Under the pieces are notes generated by a model. That model ran no database searches. It was not told the DNA's origin and worked only from the letters and a program-made list of their open reading frames with translations. A stretch of DNA of 63,754 bases, counting the filler, from Choristocarpus tenellus KU-1152 (taxonomy: Eukaryota; Protista; Phaeophyceae), in the NCBI GenBank assembly GCA_964200185.2. It is 9 parts of 9 records of this genome, joined end to end, with 100 filler letters (N's around TTAATTAATTAA, not from the genome) between each part and the next. Parts side by side here need not be neighbours in the genome. Positions count along the whole stretch, not along the records: positions 1 to 31,783 come from CAXNAD020000077.1; 8 more parts are not named here. One strand, given 5' to 3'. A program made the position numbers and the translations under genes. This document shows, piece after piece, positions 1 through 15,400 of the stretch. How positions within the stretch are numbered: the first letter of the stretch is position 1; every line of letters begins with the position of its first letter.

Positions 1-492
1 GCACCCCACCATGACACAGTGGTGAGTCTAAACACCCCCCACGACTGATTGGACCCTGCCTAACACACAATATACAATCAGCAGTTAAAATGTCAAGTTT
101 TGAGTTTTTTAAGAGAAGCGAGTATGGGAATTGGAATTTTTAAATTCTGGTTAGATACTCTAACCAGCACACTTCCACATAGGTGCTTCTTTCTTGATGC
201 AAATTCAGGTCTTCAAATAAATAGCAACCATATGTAGTGTGAGAAAATTATGTCAGCACATGTATATTCTTGCCATTTTGGGGATTTTTCAGTTTCTGTA
301 ACAGATGGTCTACAGTGATGTACTACATACCATATCAGCTAGCCCTTGCTAAGTAAGCTGTGTCCTGCACTTGCAATCCCCCTGTATGACAAGAGTAAGC
401 TAACATCACCTCATCCAACCATTAGCATTGAGCACTGAGCATCATAGGGCATCTGGCATAGGCATAACCCAACACTCATACATTTTCCTCAC

Positions 493-3400
493 CCCAAGAT
501 CCATATGCTTGCCAAGTGGTATGGCTGGATGACACATGAAGCGCACTGATTCCTTGCCACGAATGCCCAAATTCTTTGACCTGCTGAGAGTTTTATCAAG
601 GAGTGGGAGAACGCTTTCTACCCAATAAATTTCAACATCGTAGACAAAGAATGAAATGTACTTCTTGCAGCACCACATGGTTTACCAAGTGACTGCACAC
701 ACCAACAAGAACATGTGAGATTGCTAAAAGAGTAGTCAGACATCACAGAGACACTCAAAGGCAGCAATTTGGGGTCCTTAACCAAGGGGGAAGCGAGTTA
801 TCGAGATGTTTGACACCAATGCGAAGACTTTATCAAGGTTATGGAACAACAACTCTAGTGCCCAAAAGGATGCTGGTGTTTTGGATTGTAACCTAGACTT
901 GGTTTGGAAGGGAAGGGTTGGCCACAAGTGCATCAATACCAACCGGTTATGAGAGAGGCCTGCCATACAATCCCCCTCAAGAACTGTGCAACCCAGTGGT
1001 CCGCAGCAGCTCATCAGGGTATCCCACTAACCACAAAGTACGTTTAAGGAGTACAATAGTATATTTGTTATTCACCATCCCAGGACTCCTTGCTTGAGCT
1101 TTCAATAAGTCAAGATTGTTGTTGAGTTGCAAAACAAAATCAGTTAGATTTGTTTGTCTAATCCTATTCTGCCTGGCAACTAACTACACATGGTCTTTCC
1201 TACTACTTTTGCCTAATTTGCATGATTCAAATGGCTCCCAAGACTTGCTGAAAGCCCTCCCCGATTTTTTAAGCGGACATCAACAGTTGAATATTTAGAC
1301 AGTTATCAACTGTTCACCAATCGAAGCTGAAAATACACACTTTCACCTAATTACCAGATCAGAAATTACACTATATAAAATGAGATAATTGCACTTTTAG
1401 GTGACTGGTTGGTCCCTTTTTTAAGTCAAACAATGCCTAGAATACAAAATATTTGTGCTCCTTACTATGTACATACATAATCTTTTCTCTCAATATCATT
1501 AGTATGACTGGAAAAGTCTTAATGCCTGTATTTTGAATTTGAAGTACTTTCAAATGGACCTACAAAAGAAGCATGCCAAACTGGCCAGAAACAAAAAAGT
1601 GGACGTTGTTGGCGTATATTTTTTCTGCTATGCACTGTTTAAAACACAAAGAATAACCATAGGGTACTACACACCGAAATGAGGAAATGATACCACATGA
1701 TGAAGCACTGATGTAGTTCAGTTACTGTTCCCTATTCATAGCCAACACTATGGGCACAAATTAAACTTGCATTGTGGACTACCACGCTATACTGTCAACT
1801 GACTTCAACATCAAATGTCTACTATTGTACAGTATAATATTCCAATGTGGGTTCATGTTGGCACCAACCTGCAGTCACAGACAACAGAAATACTATATAA
1901 ATACAATATTAAAAATTGATATATATATAATAGGTATCCCTTCAATTGCTGGATGATCGCACAGCAACCAGGTGGGCATAGACCACCAGACCGCCCAAAT
2001 GTACATGTATGGCAAAGCACACATGTTATCACAAAATAGAGTCCCATAGTTCACTTCACAAGAGATTGCACCTGAGGTGTGCCACATCCTAAATGTACTT
2101 CTCCCAACATGTTGCACAGATCAAATCAGGAATAATTAATGAATGTCAAGAAGTGCATCAGCTTTTTGTGGTATGCAATGCTGTGAACATTAGTCGGAAC
2201 AGGAATCTAGTTGTAAATGAAGCCATTTTGTGAATCAATGACATCTCTAGGGCCAAGTGATACATTCTGCAGGTAGCAAGCCACACAAAATAATACTATT
2301 TACCACTCATTCTTGAAACCTCTCTCAAACACAAATCTAGACATCGTACAAAAGCACTACAATAAGCAACTCAAGGAGACAAGACTAGAGCAGTATATGT
2401 TTCTACATTGGTTCACACAATGACATGAAAACTGAGAGTGACTCTATTTTCCAGCTCCACTGGTTCAGCTTAATCAATGTATATGGTGAACATTTTTGCT
2501 AACTCCAGCAAATACTACCTGCATCTTGATACTTTTGGAGAAGTCGTGGTGTATGCCCTACAGTCACAATTGCCCCTTCTACTGTTCTCTGCACATAAAA
2601 TACACACCTCGCATGAAGTAAAAAAGGATGTGTCAGCATCACATCCCCAGCAGACCCAATAGTTTCAACAATATCCTCATGGTTAGCTGGAAGTAGTGCT
2701 TCCCTTGATGCTTGCGAGACCTGTGGCCCTGCATCCAATTCAAGAATCCAGGGTCAGTACTGGAAAGGACAAGACCCTGTTGCATTGCATAGTAGGTCTA
2801 CAGATATCTTCTTCTACTTCAAACTCCTAAAAATTGAGCAAACCCCTTACCAGTAAGACCAGTATTTCCAGCTCTGGACCACAGTAGCTTGCCAACAGCC
2901 TTGTGTGATCCACTGAGCAATGCAGTCCCACCCTCCCCAGGTCTTATATCAGAGAAGAGGAAAATTGGGAGCAATCCAATCTCCTTACTGTAGGCAAATA
3001 GAGAATGAAAGAAATGGTCAAAAAGATTGGTAAATCCAGCTCAAAATAGCAAAAGGAAAACCAACCTGCTCTGTCACTCCTATCCCAATTAAAGGGGTGC
3101 GTAAAAACACCATCTGTCTAGATGCACTTTTAAGCCAAGGTGTTAACAATTGTGTCATCATCACATCAAAAAAATAGTGGAGACTCTTTTCAGCAAAACC
3201 CATCAAGAACAATATGTCAGATATTCTGCATGTATAGTTTCTTCACCAATAAATCACACCAATCTCTCTGCTGCACTGTTAACACCTGTGAGAGTATACC
3301 ACACCTGTGAGGGTAGTGGCGAAAGTGGGCACCATCCACATGCCACTTGCCTTCTGCTCCCCAGGGTGGTTGTGCAAAACCCGGGAAGGTCACCACCCAC

Positions 3401-6400
3401 CACCCACACCCAAATTCTTCCCAAGCTCCCATCCCCACTAGTTGGTCTATTGCCGCAAGGAGTCGAGGCGTAAAAACTGAAGTCCATGGAGGTCCACTTG
3501 CAAAAAGACAAGAGAATGACGCAGGTTTTCAATAGACTAAAGTCTATATTTGAGGGTAAAGGCTCATATATTGAGGGGGGTATGGTACTTATTTCATTTG
3601 AGGTCATGTACAATATGTTTTGTGCATACTACTGATCACACAGTACCACCTCATCTCAACTCACTGTATTTCTACACACAACAGGTGCCTCCAGCTATTC
3701 CAAGTATTACACACAGTGCAAGAGTGTGGTGGAATATATATAAATATATATAGAGATGTACACAACTTGGGTGCTAGGTCAATTACATTACTTGACATTT
3801 TCCAGAGTAAAATCAAACACTTCTCAGCAGAATTGGCACCAAACAAAGGTAAAAATAACAATATACTCTCTCTATAAATATATTAAAATTATGTAAGTAT
3901 GTAAGTGTGCATTGCCAAACAAGGTAGGGCACATAGATTATGTCTCTTCCCTATATTGGGTAGGCAACCCCCTTCTATTTCAACCCCCCAATAGCCCCCC
4001 AAACATGATAAGTAGATCTACTCAGGCAGTCTGGAAATGGATAGAGATAAGAACCCTTGGACCTTGCTTTGCATACTCTAGGAGCATATCCACTGAGCTA
4101 GTTACTCATCACAGTGGTGTCTTGTTTACCTCAGTTGATACGCTCCTTTTCTCACTCACATTTCTTCAAATTTCAGGGGAAATGGAGGGCATAGGAAACA
4201 TAAAACACCTTACATTAGAAAATTGTAACTGGAAGAGAGGAAAAGACTTTCCAGTATCCATCTTGGGCATGGCAACAAAAAACATGTAAGAGCATTATGT
4301 AAGAATACGTAACTACCACCGAATTACAGCAACTAGGTATTATCAAAATGCACACACCATTCCACCTAGACAGTCAAATTCAACAGTGCATCGAGCATGC
4401 CAGCACCCACCCCCCACCTTCAATCAATGAGAATAGTCCCACAGCCAAGAATCAATCTCACGATGTGTAGGTATCAGGCGGTTCATGACGAGTACTACTT
4501 CATTACACCCTCAACAATTAATAGGTGAATTCATCAAGCACACTGTGATGGAAACCATGATGCACAATCAAATATGTAATCCAAGGAGCTTCACAATGAG
4601 CACAACTACACCAGTTATAGTCTCCAAAGGACCAGGACCTTGTCATAAAGAAGTTGAGAGGGCATTTTTTTGTCTTGCTTGTCTTGCGTACAAGTACACA
4701 CACCTCAGAAAAAAATACTCTGTAACCTATTCCTATTTTAGCATTAACGTTGATCATTCAACCATAAGTAGACTGCAATAGATATTATCCATTACAACAT
4801 TAAGGCCACTATACAAAATCATGCCAGTTCTCCATACAACAACAGAGTCCATTTAATCTGCAATGTCCAATGCCTTGAAGAAAAGTCAGTTCTGTTTGCT
4901 TAATCATTGTTCCATAAAGTGATCTACTTCTTCCTTACAATTCTTTCACACAATAATTTTATCTTTTTGTAGTAGAGAAACAAGAAATGGAAGAAATCAT
5001 GCAAAAGGAAAAATATACATCCAATGTACTTGCTCATGGTGTTTGATCAGGGCAACAGTTGATACTATTTGCTCTGTAATATCTGTTGTCCAGCAAATGT
5101 TCAAGCCCTTTGATCTGTGACATTAATTTTCCAGAAAAAAACTCAGAGTCTTTTCCTCCAAAACATGTGTTTTTCAGGTAACACTTTTGACAATTTGGTC
5201 CATAATGTCTGTTGACTGCATAATGCTTTGTTGCAACACTAAAATGTCAAGTTGTGGTTTACAAGTGATATATTTTCCGAGGTGTGTACAAGTGTAATGC
5301 AACTGAGTGGAGAGAGAGTGCAAGGCTGTCAGTAGCCCTCTTCACCTCTTCTTATCAAGATAAAGTAGTTGAACTTCCATTCCACATTCAAGGATCATTC
5401 AGGATTCAAAACCAGTAGTGGCAGGTTCCTGACTTTCATCCATAAAATTCCATGTCAACCAAGGGGACTTCTGCATTACTTGATAGCCTTGTTTGCCCAT
5501 GCTTCTGTCTCCACCCACTGCTCCCTCCCATGTGTTGGGAGATTACCTTTCCATTGTTGTCATGGGAGCAGAATGCAGCGTCTGACAGGCAGTTCTGTTT
5601 ACACCAAACCATATTTAGAGTAAATAGACCACAAATTAGAAAGAAATTCCTTGGCACATGGAGGATCAGTTTCAAGTGGCAGAATAATCATAATCAGCTA
5701 TATTGTTGCATATAATTAGTCAGAGAGCATCTGTAGGCACCAACAATCGAGACAATTATTGGAACCTGTAAGTTGTGATGATCGCTGTGTAAGGGGGTAG
5801 ATAAGCAATGCAGCTCCACTCTTTCAGACTTTGTAACGTTTATCCCCAAGAAAGAGGAAGTTAAGAGAATCAACCAAGCACGGTAACAGACACTACACAT
5901 GTCTGTTACAGACTCCTCGAAGTTCACTGAGCGAACATATAAACACTTGTATAAACACTTCACGGGTGTCACGGATGACATTCACCAAAAAGAAAATGTT
6001 GACAGAAGGCAGACCTCTGAGGTCAGAAGCACAACGTGCACATTCACTTCGACAATACCTACTTATAGTAGACCTATATATTAGGCACAACAATTGTCGT
6101 CATGCAGCTTTGGTTGGGCTACAAGAAACATATCTCAGTCAGGTCAATTGGGCATCAACATACACAACACCACTTAGAACTGCTGGCATGAGAGGAAGGT
6201 GGCAAGTGCTTCTAATGTCTGTTGTCCAAATATAGATGGGAAAGACTAGTATTCACACTTTTAGGGAACAAGGGTAAGGAGATGCGTCCAGTATCAACTG
6301 AACCAACCATGCAGACAATCAAATCTCACCAGACACCTACCAGTAAGGGATAGTAAGAACATGTTGCGTGATACTGCTACAAAGTCAAAATGTGGCAACA

Positions 6401-9400
6401 AGGACAATGTATGAAGAAACCACCTTCATGCAAGCAGTCTTCATCGCAGAGTGTGCTACACATATCAGCAGGCGCTGCAGGTATATTGATCAACATCCTT
6501 CAAAGTAAAAGGCATATGTTGCAGGTATCAATGGTTATCACATGAATACAAACCTAATCAAAAGCATTGACTTGCTACCTCTGTAATATCTGGATACACA
6601 TTATGAACAGGTTTGTTCTCACCGACCACAATCCCTATAATTGTACAAGCGCTATTTCGAGTGTATTCAGTGCTTACACTTCAGAAACGAACCATTTCCA
6701 CTTGGACCTTTGCAAACTTATCTATGTTAACTACAAGAACAAGTAATTTGGAGTAGTAATTCTATCAAGATGTCTTCACCACAGTGGGCCTGTGTGTGTT
6801 GCACATTGAGAAATCGCTGTTTCCCCCAGGGGTTCCAGATGCTTGGCTTTCTACCTTGGTGGAAGAGTGGTATCTCAATGCTTGACAAAATCAGAGACTG
6901 AGAACCTGCCCTTCTCAAGCAGTGGATCATGACCCCACTAATTGCAAGCTCTCCCTGAACAGTCATCTCAATCTTTGTGCTTCCCCTTGAGCTCATTCCT
7001 GGAGCCCTCTCACTCTATTTTTATCCTCACACTGTAGGGACTTGGGAAAGCACAGCAGTATTGATTCGATCCCACATCTGATGTAAAATGTTGAGATACC
7101 ACTCTTACACTGGGGCAAGCATCACAAAAGTAGTGGGGGGATGGCCCATGGATTATGCTGGATTGGCTCACACCCTCTCTGCAACTGTCTACCCCAATGA
7201 AACAGTGGTATCTCAATGTTTTGCACTGTGACGATATTTTTCACTCTCAGCAGAATGGTGAACTTAATATTTGGTGACTACAGCCAGTATCCAGTTCTTC
7301 AATGGTACCACCTAAATGTTCAAAGGCTTGAAGTGTTACCCTGGTGCACATCATTCATTACTTCCACCTCAGCAATCCACTCTTTCTCCATTCAAACCCT
7401 TTACATAAACACCCCTGGTTTGATGGAATCTATCATGCAAGTATCACTCTGTCAATGCATCAGGTACAACCCATACAGAGAGAAGGGAGTGCTATGAAGC
7501 CAACTTGTACATCTTGAATGCACAAACTCAGGGTCTAGGAGAGGAGGGAAATTTGTGTTAGACTTCGCACCACCTTTGATTACCTTTCAAACTTAGGATT
7601 ATACCCCCAATGTGATCAAGAGCCCAGACACACTCTCATACATCTCTAAATCTCTGAAAATGTAGACCTTGGCTTCGATACAATGTTCCTCTCCATGGAG
7701 TATTATTCACAATTGAAGGAAACTGCAGCAGTATGAAAACAATAAATGATGAGCAACAAGAGACTGCCTTCTTTTTTTTTAAACCTTGACATTGCATTGA
7801 AGTAGAAATGGTATACAGCGGAGTGATAAAAGCAACTCTATATAGAGAGCTTCCCTCTTTCTGACCTCATATGAAATTTTTGCTGTGTGAAAAGGTTAGC
7901 CGCAGTAAAAAATGTAACATTATCCTTTGACATTATCCTTTCATAAATACACTTCACAAGGTCACACTCATTGGCTCTTTTTGGCACAAGCTTTACCAAA
8001 CTCACCCAATCCTCAGTTTTCTGAGGATGACCAAAAGGACCTCTCCTCAGGTCAAATTTGCACCCTTTGTTTGGTGAACCTGCTGTATTCAGCTTCTTCT
8101 GGTCAATAAGATACTGTTCAATAAGATACCCATAGAAAAAAAATTGAGGTGGAGCAACAAAAAAAGATCTCAAGATATCATGCTATGATGGCCAAGCTTA
8201 CAAAATTTCAGACAAAAACATGGTTGAATACATCAAAAGAAATCCTCGTAATCAGACAAAACTTCTGCATCATGGTAGGAATTGTTGGCATCTTGGAGCT
8301 ATGATTTCAGCTTCTTTGAACAATGACATCATCTACAGGAGAGGCATTGAGGTCAGGTGAGTTGGCTGGCTAGGGTATCTATGAAAATGTCATCCCCCAT
8401 CGCTTCCCCTGATTGCCTCCATGATCCCCCCCTTGATGTGTGGCTTTGCCCCATCCTGATGGACAAAGATGGTGTGTCCTTCCAGCCTAGGCATGTGGGC
8501 CTTGATTGCAGAGATGGCATTCTCAATCTCGAGCTTCTTGTACCTCTCCCCATCCACCGTGACTAGCATAAGCACCCTAGTGCCCATGGTGGGATGTTTG
8601 CTGGAGCGCTGAGCAACCTTAGTGTCCATGATTGGCCAGATCCCAATTTCCCATCCAACCACACCCCATTGGAGAGGTTCCTAGGGCGGGACACAGCTGT
8701 AAGGAACATCACCTTTGTAATGTAACACTTATCCTGTGCCCGTGGAGGCTTGGGGGTCCCTCCCCAGTGGGTTGCAGGTACACACCTTGCCCATCTTTGA
8801 GGATATAAAACCACTTCTTGTCCACATGCATCCAGTCATATAGATCATCCACAAGTACCCCACTTCCCCCCCTTCTGCTTGTGGATGATGACAAAACCCA
8901 TCCTGTTAACTTTCTGCTGGTCTGAGAGGGCTGTCTTAATCCACTTCTTGACCTTCTTGCGCTTGCACATATCCCAAAACAAGGGCAGGGAGACACCAAC
9001 TTTGACCACCCATTTGTTGAATGATGTGATGATGATGTGCAGTGTACCAACGGGACATCCCAAACATCTAGGAATTAATTTCTCCGAGCTTCATTCCTAT
9101 TATCTGAAACATGAATTTAACTACTGCATTTGACAAACAAGGCCATAGCCAATCCACATTGATCTGAGGTGAAAGTTGAGAAAAAGCACAACTAGGTAAT
9201 GTGTTGTGTAAGTAGCAGTGCACATCTGACAACTTCAAAGAACAAAGGATCTGGGAAAACAGGACTTGGAGGATAAATGGAATTGCCAAAAGACATAGTG
9301 GAAAGCAAAGCTGACTGGCCACCACGAGCAAATGAAATTGCAGTATGTCAGGCATTAGTATTTTAGACATTGAGGTCCCAAAGATGGAGAGGATATACTG

Positions 9401-12400
9401 GTAATATACTGAATAGTAGGTGTTGCTAAATGCAAAATTGTGGATATATGTAAATATTGTCAGGCATTGCACCTTTCCCTTTTACTGTACTCCAACTATT
9501 TACAACTATTTTGCCGAACATTATTGAGAGGATGGTAGGCTCATAAGATGGTTTGTTGCTTGATTTTTTGGTGCCTGGCAGGGCCCTGGTCTGTGATGCC
9601 TTAAACAGTTTAGATCTCTTTGTTAGACCCTTTTCAGGTCAAAGTTCTGCACAGACCCCACAGTTGAACATGAGTATATTGCTGAGTAATTTGCTTCTGT
9701 ATAGGCAAAGATTCCCCTCAGCACAGTCTATCCCTGCTAACCAGGCACAGCCCCCCATCCTGCACCTTTCACCAGGTGCACCTAGGCCACTATTTCTGCT
9801 AACTGGTGGTGCTCCTCCTCTTTCTCCCAAGCACTGCCCCCAGACACTCCCCTGTTTCTTTTGACCCAGTGCTGCTGGGGTGATGTGCCTGCTGACTAGT
9901 GCATCTTCTCTTTTTCCCTCAGCACACACCTTTCAGGTTAACACCAGGATTTCCCCTCAGTGTTCTATCCTCTTGAAGGTGCTGGAGCACACCAGCTACT
10001 AACTAGGAGAGGTTTCCTTCCTCTCTCTTCCAGCACAGTCCTCTTGCTGTTACCAACAAAAAGCTGTGTGCATGTCAGAGGCCTACAGTACCCCATAGCA
10101 GCCATGGACTGTCAGCAGTAGCCCATTGGATACTTTTAAGTAAAACACAAAAGTACTTAATCAACAGGATTACTGCTTGATAGTATATCACAACGTCTGT
10201 ATGGGTGCATGCAGTTCTCCGGATGGGTTGAATGCTGTAAACAAAGCATATAAAACCATGTTTGCCACACTAATAAACAGAAAACATGACACAAAACACA
10301 AAACCTCTCCCACCTCACTTCCTCTGATTGCATTGACTTGAGTGTGCATCCACAGCACCTCCCACTGCCAATATTTTTCACACATTGAAAGGTGCTATAA
10401 AGGAAGCAATGGATATCTGCACCTGTTGTCATCCACCACTTCAATATCCTCTTGAGTAGCAATCCAGATACAGGTGAGGAATTGCGTAAGCAAAAAATGT
10501 GGTTTATCAACAACTTCAGGAAACTGGTGAAATCCATCTCAGCATCGTTGTCTCTATCAACTCCTGTTCCTTTGTGCTGTGTCTGTCAGAGGTGCAAATA
10601 GTTCCCTTCTCTTCTAAAAATTGTCAACTCAGTACTCAACTTTCAAAGGTGTTCTTTCAACCCTTACACTTTGCAGTCAATCACCAAAACCTTTTCTTGT
10701 ATCTACTCTAGTTCTGGACAACCGTCAGGAAGGAGTACTTCCTGCAATGTGCCAGGATATATTGATGGATGGGTCAGGGTTTGACAACCTTATACAGAGA
10801 CACACCTCAGGATCACATTTAGTCAGATATCCTTGATATGGGGGCAAAAAACTTATCCATGCAGGCTACAGAAAGACTTCATGTGGAAACAATCACTCCT
10901 GCATGTCTGTGGGAATGAGAGGTGTAAGACAGAGTGGGTAGTAATCCTCCTCTCTCAAATTCTCGCTGAAATTTTGATCAAGCAATTATTGCCCTTCCAT
11001 TGTTCAACATCCACAATTTCATTGCCAACCCATGCGTTGAATTGTTTCAAAATCTTTAGCGAATCAAATTCCTGATACATAGCCATCCTCCCCTCCCATA
11101 TAGTTCTTAGGGCCCCTCTTAAGCTTTGAGAAAAATAATAATATGCCTAAGAAACACACAAACAATAATCAAGTAATGCCCCGTCCAAACTCAAAAGGTG
11201 GCCCCTGTGCAAGGTAAAAAGCTTCACTCTCCTCTGCTGACCACTTTGAAGGTCAACAAAATACACAAACAGAAACATGTTAAAACTCAATCATGAAACC
11301 TTGTAGAGAGAAGCACAGATCCCCCTTGGCACAGCCCACACCTTCCAGGAATAGTCCTTCTTTGCCTTTCCTCCTGGACCTGATCAAGCCCTGTGAATGC
11401 TTTGTGGAGACAAATCTCTTTTTCCCCCAGCACTGTCACCACAGCTTTCTGCATGCAAAAAAACAACTTGCACAGAACACATAGGCCCCCCTTGCGCCTT
11501 TCCCCTTTGTTCTGCTCAAGCCTCGTGACTACTTTGTGGCGAGTGATCTACTTTCCCCAAACACAGCCCCCCGTAGGTTTGCCCTGGCACACACTCCTGC
11601 CATTCCATTCCTTGTGCTGTAGAGCAAATTGGCTACCAAATGGCATACCTTCCCTCCTCCCCCCCCCAGCAAAGCCCTCTCCAGTTACCTATTCACATCT
11701 TTGCCCCCTCAGTAACCCATTCTGTCCAAAAAAGGATGGCAGACCCCATTTGGTGGATGCAACTACTACGCAATTTGTACTTAACAGGATTACAGCTCAA
11801 CAGCATTGTCACCACATGTATGTTTGATGTTGTGTGATTCTCTTGACAGGTGTAAGCTTGTTTACAGTGTGTAAAAAAATTATTGCACCATGACCTTGGG
11901 GTGTAGGGATCACATACACAAAAGGATGTTGCCATGGGCACCCATGAGATAAAAGAAGTGCATCTTCACCAAATGTTCATCTTAGGAACAGATATGAACA
12001 TAGCAACACAAGTGGAATGCAGACCATACTCCCACATTGGTCCCCCTCATTACATTAGAGTGTCATCCCGCACCTCCCATCACCAACGCCTTCCATATAT
12101 TGGGAGGTGCAATGAAGGGGTTCCCTTCCCCCATGTGGTCATAGGCCTTGAAAGACACCCTGACATTGTACATTCAAAGCTGCACGAAGGTTGCAAAAGC
12201 ATCTTTCATAAAGATGATTGCCTACAAATTTCATTTTCCAGCACCTCTCTCAAGAGGTCCCTCATTGCACTGTAAAGAGTGAGTGCGAACAGAAGGGAGA
12301 ATTGTGTACTAGACTAAAAATCATCAGTCACCAAAGGTATCAAATACAATGCAAGTCAAATGTCCTTGAGGAATACTCGCCTGCCCCATGAGTGTCACCA

Positions 12401-15400
12401 GGTCCAAGAAAAGGTAAGTACCCCTAAATGATGCCTATGGGTAGCATTGTGGAAAAGTGAATAGATAGCACAGCTAGCCATCATGAAATTTAGGACGCAT
12501 CAATAACACTACATACCACCCCCAGCAAGCCACAGCAATTTTGTTTTGAGGTACAATTGTGTATCTAGCAAGTCCATGTTAAACCACAAGCAGTACTCTA
12601 TCATTGTTAAACCCTAAGCAGTAGTAGTAGTAGTACTCTATCATTGTGCAATTAAAAAAATCACTACCCTCAGCAACAATCAGTTTTAAGACTTATGAAG
12701 TAGTGGAGAAGTAATGCAAGTTGCCCCATTTCTACTGAAACTTTGTGCTTCTGATAATCAAACCAGAACCACTAACAACCATAGGTACACTGACTGTGTC
12801 ACTGTCACATGGAATAAAAACTCTTGTTCGAGAATAGGCTGAGAAATATCAAAAACCCAAACCTTTATGTGTATGATGCATTTATCAACTGGGCACTAGT
12901 GGGAAGGGTTACCCTGTTATGAATGCATGTTACGGAGTATTACCTCAGAATAGTAAAATGTGTGAAAACATATATTTTAAAAAGAAAAAACTTATGGTAC
13001 CCATCCATAACAGCTACTAGAAGTGGATGCAAACAAAATTCTCGCAAAAAATCTAAATAGTTGATACTGGTTTGTTTGTATTGTGGTCCATAACCTTTCC
13101 AAGATAATTAGGATAAGGAGTCATGCCTACCTATTGACCCGTTTAAGCACCAAAATGGATGAGCCCCTAACGTATACCTTGAACATAACATGGGAAATGA
13201 ACATCTGTGTTGTAAAAATTGTCACGTGTTTGGCAAAGGTAGGGATGATCAAAACCCGCACCATAGGCCAAAGGGATACCCTAATTTGTATCTCTAGCGG
13301 CAGTTTTTCAACTTAGAGACTGTAGGGTTGACTATTGTGTGGAGGAGGAGGAGTTTTGGGACAGAAGTTTCTTGAATTGGGTTGGGTGGGGTAAGGCAAG
13401 GATTCGGTGATGAGGTTGGAAAAGGTGGCATGGATTGGAGAAGGAGTAATGGTGGTGGAAGGTAGGAATGACCTGAAGGAACCTTGGCCCACAACCAAGT
13501 CATAAATGAACTTTGATCTTAAATTTATTAGCTGCTAGAGGCTTGGCCACATGGTGGTGCTGCAATTTGATGTTGACACAACTTCATCCTCACTTCCCCT
13601 TACCAATATCTGACTCGCTCTAGAGTATCAATGTGCAATGAATGGCACCATTGAGGTGTATGGACTGCCTCCCTTACTTCAAGATTAATCTTGAGGAAAA
13701 GAAATAAACATACTACACACACCACGTTGAATCTCAAAGCTACATAACAGGCTTGAAATCGTATTTCCTGTCCTTGCAGCAAGTGGTGAAGACAATTCTC
13801 AGGAGAAGAAGTGTGCAATATAGGCTGGTAGTCTATAGGTTTAGTCTATATAGGTTTCTTATGTGTTTCGTAACCAGTAGAATAATAATAAAGACAATTC
13901 TCAGGAGAAGAAGTGTGCAATATAGGCTGGTAGTCTATAGGTTTAGTCTACATAGGTTTCTTATGTGTTTCGTAACCAGTAGAATAATAATGTAATAAAA
14001 ATGTTAGTTGAGTGGTTTAATTGTCAATGAGTTGTTTCTGTACACCCAGAGTAAAATGTTCGAATTTTGACAGGTTGGTTTCACTTTGCTTGATGTAAGT
14101 GGCTGATGCAGGATGACTGACGTAGTTACAACTGATGCAGAACAAGTGACATAGTTACAACTGATGCAGAACTGGTGATGTAGTTACAACTGATGCAGAC
14201 ACCTTCTGACGTGTTTGCTGGCGTGCGCAATAGATAACAAGGCAGAGCAAGCCCCCACCTCGAGGTATGGTGCTCACTCCGCTAATAAATTCATCCATTC
14301 CACATAAAGCAAAAACTCTATTCGAACAGCTCTTTTGCACTAGAACGATTTGACACTAGAGTCATTTATTCCATGTGAGTGAACATTTGACAGAGGAAAC
14401 TTCAGTCAGCTGGGACAGTAGGGTAACTGATATCTAGGTGGTGACCTAGGAACAATCATTTGCCTGTCCAGCATGATTGAAGTATATCAATGGTTGGTGA
14501 CACTTGGTTACACTACTATGCGTACAAGAGAACTAGTCACTTGGACAGGGATGCCTCATGCCACCAACATCGTCCTGGAAGCAAAATACGATAGCCTCAA
14601 CTCAATGCAGTCCTGTCCCTCATAACACACAACATATGCACGCTTTACATGAACTATTTCTATTGTGAGCATAACTGCAGGTATATGGCACAAGGACCAA
14701 CAAAGGCCGTACTTTGTGCATGCACAGCCTAATGGCCACATGCCCTAAGAATCAACCTTCCTCGTTCACTCTGCAGCTCTTATCTCATGCCATTTAAGTC
14801 CTCACATTAAACTTCCTCTTTTCTCCTTCCCTTTAGCAACTCGATGAACCCAACAACATTGCCACAAGTCAACTTGCCACCCTTACACCAAAGTTTGCCA
14901 CCTTAGCACTCAGATAAGGTTGGATCAAATGACTTGTTGAGAGTTGTGCAATTGCGAAATACAGGTTCCCTGACAGAGTTGAGTTCATTCCCACAGGAGG
15001 AGATTATGGGATTAGAGAATGCCCAACACGATGTCATGCGATGGTGCCCGCCCTGCCCACCACCTATCCCTTTGCACAACTTACTGCCTTTGTACTTTCA
15101 ACGCCCTGTCCTGGGATTCACTAATATGGTTTATGTTCCATTCAGTGCACTCAGCTCAAAAGCATCTGCATCCTACTCCCCAGCTAGACCCTCTGATTTC
15201 TTCAACTGGCTGGGTTAATGCCAAGGTCAAGCCCCATTCTGCAAGAACAGCAGTTGAGAGTAAGTGTTAAGTGGCATCATACACAAAAGTTATATATGCC
15301 CCTGTTCCAAAATTCCCTGGGGAGGCACCGCCAGAGTTACCTTCACATAGGAAGGTATGTGAGTGGCATCATACACAAAAGCACCAAACAAAGTTTTATC

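Noticed and set aside
9900-12300. Nested gene, Fanzor/TnpB or viral insert inside the giant intron
   Set aside because: Only short stop-riddled frames; I recognised no RuvC, zinc-finger, capsid or polymerase motif. Treated as unclassified decayed repeats.
14115-14199. CRISPR-like array of repeated cores
   Set aside because: The variable parts are only about 10 nt and related to each other, there are no cas genes, and the context is a eukaryotic intron. It is a minisatellite.
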